Shown here: positions 8,832 through 17,853 of the stretch, one piece after another | Layout of the letters: every line of letters begins with the position of its first letter | Position numbering within the stretch: the stretch's first letter is position 1 | Origin: an archaeon | GTDB taxonomy: Archaea; Asgardarchaeota; Thorarchaeia; Thorarchaeales; Thorarchaeaceae | Assembly: GCA_024275415.1 (NCBI GenBank) | Contig: JAJRZD010000032.1 | Coordinates: forward strand, 25,141-57,140 | Direction of reading: 5' to 3' | DNA length: 32,000 bases | Made by a program: the position numbers and the translations under genes | Notes under the pieces: model-generated | What the model saw: the letters and a program-made list of their open reading frames with translations, nothing else | Database searches by the model: none | What the model was told of the DNA's origin: nothing

Positions 8832-9383
8832 ATGGAAGATTCGCAATCACCAAAATCGGATACCAAGAACAAAAAGATACTCATGCTACTGGGGCTCCTT
8901 TTCATCCTCGGTTCTGTAGCAACAGCATGGCTAGTGGGATGGAGCTATCTTCCAATAGACGTTGAGCCCTCGGTGATTCTTGGCTTGGGACTGATTATTG
9001 GATTCACGATGATCTGTTGCGGTTCTTGGATGTTCACTATGACGATGAGCCAACGTATCCCCGAATACGGTGAGTTAGAAATCAAGTTCGAATCAGGTAT
9101 GGATCTATATCAGGATGAGGAATGGGAGAAAGCTCTTGAGATATTCAAAGAAGTAATGGGTCCTGAAATGAATCACAAGCGGGCTTTGTTCTACGCGGCG
9201 AAATGCTGCGAGCAAATGGATGACTTCGAGGGGGTCAAGCAATATTGCAAGTATTATATCAAGATGCAATCGAAGGACCGAGAAGCTTGGGAAATGCTTG
9301 CAAATGCTCACAAGCGACTCTTCGAATACGAAGAAGCAGAAGACGCCCTGAAAAAGGCTCAAAAACTTGGCTATCGAAAATAA
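8832..9383 (+). CDS. Membrane protein with two N-terminal TM helices and C-terminal TPR repeats
   Basis: Two hydrophobic segments (ILMLLGLLFILG; VILGLGLIIGFTMI) followed by TPR-like units (EWEKALEIF, RALFYAAKC, EAWEMLANAH). Start moved from TTG 8814 to ATG 8832 (uncertain). Confidence 0.8.
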   Translation: MEDSQSPKSDTKNKKILMLLGLLFILGSVATAWLVGWSYLPIDVEPSVILGLGLIIGFTMICCGSWMFTMTMSQRIPEYGELEIKFESGMDLYQDEEWEKALEIFKEVMGPEMNHKRALFYAAKCCEQMDDFEGVKQYCKYYIKMQSKDREAWEMLANAHKRLFEYEEAEDALKKAQKLGYRK

Positions 9384-9437
9384 TCATTAGAACATACACG
9401 ATCGAGATGTTAGAAGGTTCACAGGGAGAGATAGCAT

Positions 9438-11726
9438 ATGGGTGACGACAAAAGATGTAGCATAGACCTACTAGACGACTCGATTAACCTCACCAACGGA
9501 CTAGTAACAGTAGCATATCATTTTAGACATGGACACGTTTCGCTGAAGGTGAATTCATCAGACAAGACCTGTTTCTCAAAAAGCTACATCTTAGTCCATA
9601 CTGATAGAGAAGTGATTGACCTCCGAAAGATGACCTACAGATCATTCAGCGCAGTGGATTTCAAAGAGGAGCGACTCAAAGGCAAGGCCATGATAATAAA
9701 ACTCCAAGACTTCGAGAAGACTGCAGAGCTGACAGTTAAATTCTCGGTGTATGAGAACATTCCCGGTTATTCTGTTGTTGTTAAATACAAGAACGGGGGC
9801 AACGAGGTTCGCGTGAAGGGGATAGACCCATTGGTACTAGAGGTAGATGACAGCTCGCGCATAGTAACAGGGTGGGACAGTGACGAACTACGGTTCTTTC
9901 ACCATGGCTTCCACTCGTGGGAGCTTAGTCAATCACTTCCGATAGACGTTGGTGAGAATGTCAGCCATTTCTATACTGCACTGAAGAACAAAAAAACTCT
10001 GGAGAGCATGGTGTTCGGGTTCGTCACTACGGCGGATCATCTTTCAACAATCACAGTGGGAGGCAGGGAGGATAAGAAGTCCCGTCTGGCGATGATAGCG
10101 GCTACGTCTCATGCAGACAACATCCCTGTCACAGAAAAGGATAGCATCATCTCAGAGGAACTGCTCGTACTCTATGGCAAGAGCGCTGAGAAGAACCTTG
10201 ACACATACATGACACTATTATCGATGAAAATGAACGCATTGTCTTGGCCATACATCCCCACAGGCTGGTGCAGCTGGTACTTCTATTATACAATGCCCGA
10301 TGAAGGCGAGATCATCAAAAATACCGAGTTCTTGGCGAAGCGGTTCCATGAGAACATCCAATGGATACAGGTAGACGATGGGTATCAAAAAAGAGTCGGG
10401 GATTGGAAAGAGAATGCAAGGTTCGGTAGCGGGCTTGCTTCACTCGTTGAAAGAATCAAAAAGAACGGATTCCAGGCAGGAGTCTGGGTTGCTCCATTCG
10501 TCGCATCCGAGCATTCAGAGATTTTTAGGGACAGGCCTGATTGGTTTGTTAGAGATGAGGACAACAACCCCATCGTCGTCGGAGAGAATCCCTTGTGGCT
10601 AGGCAAGTTCTACGCACTGGATCTCACAAACCCCAAAGTGCTCGACCATATCAGGGGAATCTTCACGAAGTTGAAAGAGGACGGATTTGAGTACTTCAAG
10701 ATTGATTTCCTGTACCATGCGGCCATATTGGGCAGACGTTTCGACCAGACGGTGACTCGTGCACAGGCGATTCGGAAAGGTCTCTCAGTCATAAGAGAAG
10801 CAGTAGGCAACGATATGATTCTAGGATGTGGTGCTCCAATCGGACCCTGTGTAGGAATGGTCAACATGATGCGAATCGGGAATGACATTGCAACTGACTG
10901 GAGATACGATTGGGGAGGTGGAGTGTACGAATGCACTGTGAACACGATGACCAGAGCGAATATGCACGACAGGCTGTGGGTGAACGACCCCGATTGCGTG
11001 TTGGTCAGACAGGACGACAATAATCTTACCATAGCTGAGATTAGGCTCTGGCTGAATGTCGTCGCGTTGAGTGGTGGTGCAATCCTTCTGAGCGATCGGA
11101 TGATGGAGGTGTCAAAGGAAAGGCTTTCACTCATCGACAGGATTCTACCACCTTACAGGAAACGTGCTATCGCGGTTGATGCACTGGACAATGAGAACCC
11201 GACCACATTCGCACTTAAAGTCGAAAGCCCACTGGGAGAATGGGTGGTTCTAGGATTAGTGAACCTCAATGAGAAACCCATCGACGTGAGGGTTCCGCTC
11301 AAGGCTATCGGTCTCAACCCACGACAGCCACATCATGTCTTTGATTTCTGGGATGAAGAATACCACGGACTTGTCGAGGAGGAGATTGCTATCTTCGGAC
11401 TCGAACGCCATTCTAGTAGACTGTTCATGGTGAAACCCGAGAGCAGGATCCCGTCAGTCCTGAGCACCAACATGCACTTCACACAGGGGGCTGTGGAGTT
11501 AGGTGAGTTGGAATGGAATGCATCGACAAAGGAACTCAGGATCAGAGTACAGCAAGACTGCAAGCATGAGGGTTCCGTCTTCTTTGTCTTTGGAAACGAA
11601 TGGATCCCAACGCGTGCCTATGTAGACGAAGAACAAGTCCGGTTCGAAGAGGTTGCTCCTGAAGTGGTCGCTGTGAAACACAAGTTTCAGAGGGGACAGC
11701 AAGTAAGAGTCATTTTCTCACAATGA
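9438..11726 (+). CDS. Alpha-galactosidase, GH36 (clan D)
   Basis: GWCSWYFYY, IQVDDGYQ, nucleophile motif YFKIDF, ILGCGAP, acid/base motif RIGND, NDPDC. No signal peptide. Confidence 0.88.
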   Translation: MGDDKRCSIDLLDDSINLTNGLVTVAYHFRHGHVSLKVNSSDKTCFSKSYILVHTDREVIDLRKMTYRSFSAVDFKEERLKGKAMIIKLQDFEKTAELTVKFSVYENIPGYSVVVKYKNGGNEVRVKGIDPLVLEVDDSSRIVTGWDSDELRFFHHGFHSWELSQSLPIDVGENVSHFYTALKNKKTLESMVFGFVTTADHLSTITVGGREDKKSRLAMIAATSHADNIPVTEKDSIISEELLVLYGKSAEKNLDTYMTLLSMKMNALSWPYIPTGWCSWYFYYTMPDEGEIIKNTEFLAKRFHENIQWIQVDDGYQKRVGDWKENARFGSGLASLVERIKKNGFQAGVWVAPFVASEHSEIFRDRPDWFVRDEDNNPIVVGENPLWLGKFYALDLTNPKVLDHIRGIFTKLKEDGFEYFKIDFLYHAAILGRRFDQTVTRAQAIRKGLSVIREAVGNDMILGCGAPIGPCVGMVNMMRIGNDIATDWRYDWGGGVYECTVNTMTRANMHDRLWVNDPDCVLVRQDDNNLTIAEIRLWLNVVALSGGAILLSDRMMEVSKERLSLIDRILPPYRKRAIAVDALDNENPTTFALKVESPLGEWVVLGLVNLNEKPIDVRVPLKAIGLNPRQPHHVFDFWDEEYHGLVEEEIAIFGLERHSSRLFMVKPESRIPSVLSTNMHFTQGAVELGELEWNASTKELRIRVQQDCKHEGSVFFVFGNEWIPTRAYVDEEQVRFEEVAPEVVAVKHKFQRGQQVRVIFSQ

Positions 11727-11732
11727 TGTCGT

Positions 11733-12638
11733 TCAAACCACTGGATTCCTAAGTGTTCCGATGTCTTCGATTGACATCTCAACAATGTCTTTTGGTTTCA
11801 GGTATTCGGGAGGATCCCTTGCGAACCCAACACCTGATGGAGTGCCCGTTGCGATTATGTCACCGGGTTCAAGAGTGAAGGATTGTGAGAGATAGGACAC
11901 AATTTGTGGGACGTCGAATAACAGGTTGGAGGTATTGGAGTCCTGCTTTACGATACCGTTCACCTTAGTTTGCATCTTCAGCCCTGACCCATCGCCCAAC
12001 TCGTCTGCAGTCACGATGCAGGGTCCAATTGGGCAAAACGTGTCAATCGATTTGCCTCGAACCCATTGACCACCATCATGCTTTTGAATATCCCGTGCTG
12101 TCACATCGTTCAGGACTGTATACCCTGCAACATAGTCAAGTGCCTTTTCTTCCGAAACTTCCTTACAGCTCCTCCCAATGACCACACCGAGCTCTATCTC
12201 CCAGTCAATCTTCTTGCTGACCTTTGGGATGATGATAGGTTCGTCAGGGCCAATCACTGCACTCGGAAATTTAGCGAACATGACTGGAAACTTGGGCACC
12301 TCTCTGCCTGTTTCTTCGATGTGGTCACGATAGTTCAGACCCAGAGCAACAATCTTCCCCGGTCGTTCTATAGGAGCTAGGAGCCTGATAGAGTCGAAAT
12401 TGTATAGGAGGGGGCGTTCTTCTAGCTCAGATTCACTATAGGTGTCCAAAATCTGCCGCACAACATCAATGCCCGCAGACCACCGGAGCAAATCAATCAT
12501 CGTGCTCGGAAATAGCTTGCCATGGATATGGTGCATCCTGCCAAACCGTGATGCAGCCTCTGGAATATCCAGTATTCCGTCCTCCAATTCGATGCCTATC
12601 GATGGGACTCCTAACCGTGAGTAAGTCACTAATCGCAT
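11733..12638 (-). CDS. Fumarylacetoacetate (FAH) hydrolase family protein
   Basis: KIVALGLNY, DWEIELGVVIG, GYTVLNDVTARD, GKSIDTFCPIGP, TLEPGDIIATGTP. Confidence 0.95.
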   Translation of the reverse strand: MRLVTYSRLGVPSIGIELEDGILDIPEAASRFGRMHHIHGKLFPSTMIDLLRWSAGIDVVRQILDTYSESELEERPLLYNFDSIRLLAPIERPGKIVALGLNYRDHIEETGREVPKFPVMFAKFPSAVIGPDEPIIIPKVSKKIDWEIELGVVIGRSCKEVSEEKALDYVAGYTVLNDVTARDIQKHDGGQWVRGKSIDTFCPIGPCIVTADELGDGSGLKMQTKVNGIVKQDSNTSNLLFDVPQIVSYLSQSFTLEPGDIIATGTPSGVGFARDPPEYLKPKDIVEMSIEDIGTLRNPVV

Positions 12639-12699
12639 AGAATCTAATTACAAATAGTTTCATTTATCCGTAATGGTGCTTCAATAATGCTGACCAAAG

Positions 12700-13038
12700 A
12701 TGAACGACGCCTCAGATTCCAGAACACTGGATGAGCTTCCTGACCGAGTCTTTGTAGCGCTGGGCAGAAGAGGGATGGAAGGCATTCCCTTGAAGGAGTG
12801 TACCTACGAATGCGATAGTGTTGAACTCACACTGCTATCAGTCAGCACAAATTCACCAGATATCTCCAAAAAAGGAAAGGAGGAGATAACGGAAGATTGG
12901 ATCGTGCAATGTGAAAAGTGCGGGAGAAGTTTCACTTTCCGCTGCAAAAGCAGGTACTTTGATGGTGAGCGGATGGACACCATGGTCAATATCCTAGACG
13001 ACGAAGGAAAGGACTTGGGTTGGTTGGGAAGCTATTAG
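12700..13038 (+). CDS. Small hypothetical protein with a probable split zinc site (CTYEC ... CEKC)
   Basis: 112 aa; Cys pairs CxxxC and CxxC; ends 13 bp before the next gene with a GGGG/GGTG-type RBS between. Confidence 0.75.
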   Translation: MNDASDSRTLDELPDRVFVALGRRGMEGIPLKECTYECDSVELTLLSVSTNSPDISKKGKEEITEDWIVQCEKCGRSFTFRCKSRYFDGERMDTMVNILDDEGKDLGWLGSY

Positions 13039-13051
13039 GTGGGGTCACTCT

Positions 13052-14197
13052 GTGAGAACATACAAGATAGCACTCCTCCCCGGAGACGGGATTGGTCGTG
13101 AGGTGATTCCCGAGGCATTTCGTGTCCTTCAAGCAGTGGAGCATTCTGTTTCCGGATTCCATCTCGACCCGCATGAATTCGAATGCGGTGGTGAGTACTA
13201 CCTCAAGCATGGGAGGGAGTGGTCGTCGGAGGCTGAGGAGTTCACCAAGAACGAGGCGGATGCTGTGTTGCTGGGCGCAGTCGGTGGCATCACCGCGAAT
13301 GGTGAATCGATTAGACGACCAGACGGGCATCTCGCAGGGTATAGCGTTGTCATTGGGCTCCGCATAGAGTTGGAACTCTTTGCAAACGTACGTCCGGTCA
13401 AGCTCTATGAGGGAGTACCTACACCTCTTGCGAACAAGGAGTATCATCATGTGAACATGATCATGGTACGTGAGAATACCGAGGGTCTCTATGCCCCTCA
13501 AGATGAACCTTCCCGAGCCTCGACAAGCGATATGGTCATCGACAAGCGAGTGATAACCAAAAAGGGGAGCATGAGGGTCTGTGACCATGCATTTAGCGTG
13601 GCATCAAAATCAGCGGGGGCTCCTATAGACGGTGTGAAAAGAGTCACTTGTGTGGACAAGAGCAATCTCCTTGCAGGATGTCAGCTGTTCAGGAGGTCCT
13701 TTGACGAAGTAGGAGAGAGGTATCCTGATATTTCCAGGGATTATGCGTATGTAGATGCATTCACTCAATGGATGATAAGAAGACCTGAATACTATAACGT
13801 CGTGGTTGCTCCAAACGCATTCGGGGACATTATAACGGATCTTGGAGCCGCGATACAGGGTGGGCTTGGCATGGCCCCCGCGGGAAGCATTGGGACGAAA
13901 CACGCGGTCTTTGAGCCCGTGCACGGTTCTGCTCCGAAATATTACGGCAGGAATGTTTCGAATCCAATAGCTGCCATCCTGTCAGCAGCAATGATGTTGG
14001 ATTGGCTAGGCAGGAAACACAGCGACTCAAAACTCCAAGCAGCATCCTCGACCATCGAAGAGTGCGTCAAGGCTGTACTCGAAGAAGGTTCGATTCGTAC
14101 ATACGATCTTTGCATCGATAGGTGGAAATCAGTCACGCCAAGCTCGACAACTGAAGTTACTGACGCAATCATCAAGAGAGTCAAAGAGGGAGTGTAA
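13052..14197 (+). CDS. Isocitrate/isopropylmalate (beta-decarboxylating) dehydrogenase family protein
   Basis: [48 protein letters not shown]. Substrate not assignable from sequence. Confidence 0.95.
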   Translation: MRTYKIALLPGDGIGREVIPEAFRVLQAVEHSVSGFHLDPHEFECGGEYYLKHGREWSSEAEEFTKNEADAVLLGAVGGITANGESIRRPDGHLAGYSVVIGLRIELELFANVRPVKLYEGVPTPLANKEYHHVNMIMVRENTEGLYAPQDEPSRASTSDMVIDKRVITKKGSMRVCDHAFSVASKSAGAPIDGVKRVTCVDKSNLLAGCQLFRRSFDEVGERYPDISRDYAYVDAFTQWMIRRPEYYNVVVAPNAFGDIITDLGAAIQGGLGMAPAGSIGTKHAVFEPVHGSAPKYYGRNVSNPIAAILSAAMMLDWLGRKHSDSKLQAASSTIEECVKAVLEEGSIRTYDLCIDRWKSVTPSSTTEVTDAIIKRVKEGV

Positions 14198-14203
14198 GCA
14201 CAT

Positions 14204-15469
14204 TTGCCATATACTATTGCGGAAAAAATCATTGCTGCGCACACACACGAGAAAAATGTCAGTCCGGGCGACATCGTGGATGTGTCTGTGGACTTCATCA
14301 TGGTTCACGAGGTCTTGGGATCCAGAATAGTGTCCATCCTTGAAGAGATGGGGTTCAAGAAGGTATGGGATCCAGAGAAAGTCCTTGTCGTCAACGACCA
14401 TTGGGCTCCCGCTCCAGATACGGAAAGTGCACAAATCCATGTCCGTAACAGGCAGTTTGTCAGAGCACAGGACATCAAGCATTTCTGCGATGTCGATGGT
14501 GGTATCTGCCATCAGGTGCTTGCCGAGAAGGGGCTCGCTCGTCCGGGAATGCTCATAGTCGGGAGCGATTCACATTCCACGACATATGGTGCGTTCAACG
14601 CGTTCTCTACAGGTCTTGCGGCAACTGACAGCGCGATGATTCTGGCAACCGGAGAAATCTGGCTCAAAGTCCCAGAAGCGATAAGGATAGACATCGAGGG
14701 GCAATTGCCTACCAGAGTGATGAGCAAGGACATCATCCTGAAAATCATCACTGACCTTGGATCTGATGGTGCGAATTACAAGTCGATGGAATTCTTTGGA
14801 TCTTTGATTGATAATCTGTCAGTCGGTTCGAGGATGACGATGTGTAACATGACGGTTGAAGCCGGAGCAAAGTGTGGAATTATGCCAATGAGTAGTGCGG
14901 TGAAAGACTGGCTCGAAAAAAATGCGGCAGGTCGTGAGTATTCCCCAGTGTCGCCAGACAAAGATGCCGAATATAGTGGCTCTTTAAGTTACGACTTGAC
15001 TGATGATCCCGTTGAGCCAATGGTCGCCCTGCCTCACAGTCCAGTGAACAGTAAACCTGTATCTGAGATTGGCGATGTAGAGATTGATCAGGCATTCATC
15101 GGGTCATGCACTAATGGGAGATTGGAGGATCTTGAAATCACTGCACAGATCCTGAAAGGGAAGCGCATCCATAAGGACGTTAGGCTCATCATCACACCTG
15201 CTAGCAGGAGAACCTATATCGAAGCGATGCGAAACGGGACAATCGAAATCCTCATGGATGCTGGTGCCATTGTGACAAACAGTACATGTGGTGCCTGCAT
15301 CGGAGGACACCTAGGAGTGCTGGGACCATCAGAGGTCTGTGTGTCCAGCACGAACCGGAACTTCCAAGGAAGGATGGGACATCCTACATCCCGTGTGTTT
15401 CTTGCATCCCCAGCCACAGTCGCAGCCAGTGCGATTACTGGGATCATAACCGATCCAAGAGAGGTCTGA
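14204..15469 (+). CDS. leuC: 3-isopropylmalate dehydratase/homoaconitase large subunit (LeuC/HacA type)
   Basis: DHWAP, GICHQV, GSDSHSTTYGA, [4Fe-4S] ligands GSCTNGR and CGACIG, STNRNFQGRMG. The symbol denotes the family, not a proven pathway. Confidence 0.93.
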   Translation: MPYTIAEKIIAAHTHEKNVSPGDIVDVSVDFIMVHEVLGSRIVSILEEMGFKKVWDPEKVLVVNDHWAPAPDTESAQIHVRNRQFVRAQDIKHFCDVDGGICHQVLAEKGLARPGMLIVGSDSHSTTYGAFNAFSTGLAATDSAMILATGEIWLKVPEAIRIDIEGQLPTRVMSKDIILKIITDLGSDGANYKSMEFFGSLIDNLSVGSRMTMCNMTVEAGAKCGIMPMSSAVKDWLEKNAAGREYSPVSPDKDAEYSGSLSYDLTDDPVEPMVALPHSPVNSKPVSEIGDVEIDQAFIGSCTNGRLEDLEITAQILKGKRIHKDVRLIITPASRRTYIEAMRNGTIEILMDAGAIVTNSTCGACIGGHLGVLGPSEVCVSSTNRNFQGRMGHPTSRVFLASPATVAASAITGIITDPREV

Positions 15470-15472
15470 ACA

Positions 15473-15976
15473 ATGAGGGAATCACAAGTCCTTGAAGGGA
15501 AAGCGATAGTGTTTGGCGATGATATCAACACAGACCAGATTATCCAAGGACGTTATCTCCAGCTCCTAGACTACGCTGAGATGGCACAACACACCTTCGA
15601 GGTTGTCATGCCTGATTTCGTGCAGGTCGTAGAAGAAGGGGATATCATCGTGGCGGGTCGAAACTTCGGGGGTGGTTCCTCACGAGAGGAGGCACCGATG
15701 GTCTTGAAAACCAATGGAATAAGCTGCGTACTCGCAGAATCTTTTGCAAGAATCTTCTATCGCAACGCATTCAATGTGGGAATCCCAGCCATCGTAGTGA
15801 AGGGCATATCGAATCAGGTGAAAGAACTTGAACGCCTTCAAGTCAATCTGCTGGAGGGCATCGTCACACCATTAGGATCAGGAAAACGGTTGGTGGGAGA
15901 AAGAATACCACAGAAGATGCTGGAAATCCTCAGAGCAGGAGGAGCGGTCGAGTGGTACAAGTCACTATACAGGTAG
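15473..15976 (+). CDS. leuD: 3-isopropylmalate dehydratase/homoaconitase small subunit (LeuD/HacB type)
   Basis: GDDINTDQII, AGRNFGGGSSREEA, AESFARIFYRNAFNVG; follows the large subunit by 3 bp. Confidence 0.93.
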   Translation: MRESQVLEGKAIVFGDDINTDQIIQGRYLQLLDYAEMAQHTFEVVMPDFVQVVEEGDIIVAGRNFGGGSSREEAPMVLKTNGISCVLAESFARIFYRNAFNVGIPAIVVKGISNQVKELERLQVNLLEGIVTPLGSGKRLVGERIPQKMLEILRAGGAVEWYKSLYR

Positions 15977-16035
15977 AAAATACTAATAGGACTCGTTCAT
16001 CAGCAACCATAGGATAATCCGCAGAGGTCTTTTTA

Positions 16036-17814
16036 ATGAATATCATGCTGTTCTTGCTTATCTCACTCATCGTCCATGCAATACCGGTTCCCTATGAGTC
16101 ACAAATGCTCCGGTTCAATAGGCTGCTGAAATGGCTCCCATTTCGGTTGGCTTGGGGAACCATTGCGTGGGCTGTGATAACTATTCTTGGAATGATGGTG
16201 TTGCCTTGGGCTATTATTAGTCTCATTATGAGCTTTGCATTGTTGCTGCTCTTTGCTGGTGGTTTCAGACCAGGTCAAATCGATGACATCATAGGAGGAG
16301 CCAAAGTACCCTTCATCTGTTTTGGGCTTATCATAGTCATCGTACTCCCCGTCTTCTCAGGAATCATCGGCTGGACATCTGATGTTGCCAATGCGGAGTA
16401 TGTAGATTCGATGATATCTCAGACAACAGACCCGCTCTTTGACTCACCCATCCCTGACAATCAGGTACGACTGGTCACATCTGAGTATGCGTCATATGTT
16501 GCCCAACAACAGTTCGCATCCATTGGTTCGAACATAGATATTGCAGCAACTCATATCACGACCCGTAATGACCGGTTGGTATGGGTGTCTGTGATAGTAT
16601 CAACCAATGTACTATCTGAAAATTATGTGAAGGCATTAATCGTGGTCGATGCCAATGACCCATCATTGGTGGAAATCATCACAGATATACAAATTCCTGT
16701 TGGAGAAGGACTCTTCTGGGATAGGAATATCCAGTTTGGCAATTACTTGCAGGACATGACGAACTCGTATGAATACGCCTATCCGACCTGGGATCCAGCA
16801 GGCAATCTTGTCTACATCCAGACAAGGACTGCACTCGGGTTCGATTTCATAGAACGACCTCTTGGACCAATCATCTATTCCCAGAACGGAACCATCCAGA
16901 CCTTTGATACAATTGAGGACACTCCGAGATGGGTGACTCAGGTGTATAGCGAGGAGTGGTTGGAGCGAAGCATAGGCCGCTGGGGAGGATACCGTAGAGG
17001 AGATAGTTTCGACCTTTTCGCAGGTGGCTTCCTCTGGGTGATTCCTCCGTCGAATGACAGATTCCAGATGACTGAGGATACACGTTACATCCTCAACCCC
17101 GACACTAACAGGGTAGAGGCATTGGTGGCAGTCCATCCTCCAGGTTCATCCACGCTCTCTCTCAGTGGATTTGTAAGAGGAACGAATGATGGCATCTATT
17201 TCCATGACCTCAGAAACTCCGGTTTCGCCAGTGGGGAGGCTGCTATCAATGAGATCATCAAGCAGTTCCCAGACCCCAATTCAGGACAGTATTTTGGAGC
17301 GATGCCTTTGCTATATCCGGTTCAGATAGATGCGACTACCACAAGGTATGCATGGTATTCTCCGATTTACTGGATTGATGGGTACTATGACTCTGATGCC
17401 GAGCAGTACTACATCACAGACATCCGATTACATGCATTCGGAATAGCTGATGCTCAAGATGTAACTCTGTCTTACACGCTTGAGAGGAGTGGTACACTGA
17501 CTGGAGCTGCATTGGTAAAAGCCGTCCGAGAAGGATATGTCGCTGAGGTCGGTGGCGAGATCATCGGAGAGCCCTCAGACATATTCACACTGACAGCAAA
17601 TGTGACGAGCATTGCGTCCTATGTGGAGAATGGCGACACACACATCGTCCTAGGAACAGACAACTCGACTTACGAATACATTGTCGGCGCAAAGTCATGG
17701 ATGAATTTGACAGACTGGTACACACTGCTCAATCTACAAGTGAATGACAAGTTCACTGCAACTATCCAGATTGTTGACGGAGAATATAGGATAACCGCCA
17801 TAACAAAAGAATGA
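16036..17814 (+). CDS. Uncharacterised membrane protein: N-terminal TM bundle plus large soluble (probably extracellular) domain
   Basis: 592 aa; hydrophobic segments in the first ~110 aa, then a long hydrophilic beta-rich region; GAGGT upstream of the ATG. Confidence 0.8.
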   Translation: MNIMLFLLISLIVHAIPVPYESQMLRFNRLLKWLPFRLAWGTIAWAVITILGMMVLPWAIISLIMSFALLLLFAGGFRPGQIDDIIGGAKVPFICFGLIIVIVLPVFSGIIGWTSDVANAEYVDSMISQTTDPLFDSPIPDNQVRLVTSEYASYVAQQQFASIGSNIDIAATHITTRNDRLVWVSVIVSTNVLSENYVKALIVVDANDPSLVEIITDIQIPVGEGLFWDRNIQFGNYLQDMTNSYEYAYPTWDPAGNLVYIQTRTALGFDFIERPLGPIIYSQNGTIQTFDTIEDTPRWVTQVYSEEWLERSIGRWGGYRRGDSFDLFAGGFLWVIPPSNDRFQMTEDTRYILNPDTNRVEALVAVHPPGSSTLSLSGFVRGTNDGIYFHDLRNSGFASGEAAINEIIKQFPDPNSGQYFGAMPLLYPVQIDATTTRYAWYSPIYWIDGYYDSDAEQYYITDIRLHAFGIADAQDVTLSYTLERSGTLTGAALVKAVREGYVAEVGGEIIGEPSDIFTLTANVTSIASYVENGDTHIVLGTDNSTYEYIVGAKSWMNLTDWYTLLNLQVNDKFTATIQIVDGEYRITAITKE

Positions 17815-17842
17815 GTTGGGATTCCCCCAACTCCCTTTTTTC
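17813..17842 (+). terminator. Stem-loop plus T-tract terminator
   Basis: GAGTTGGG (17813-17820) pairs perfectly with CCCAACTC (17826-17833), 5-nt loop, then T7 at 17836-17842; lies between convergent genes. Confidence 0.7.
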
Positions 17843-17853
17843 TTTAAGACCAT

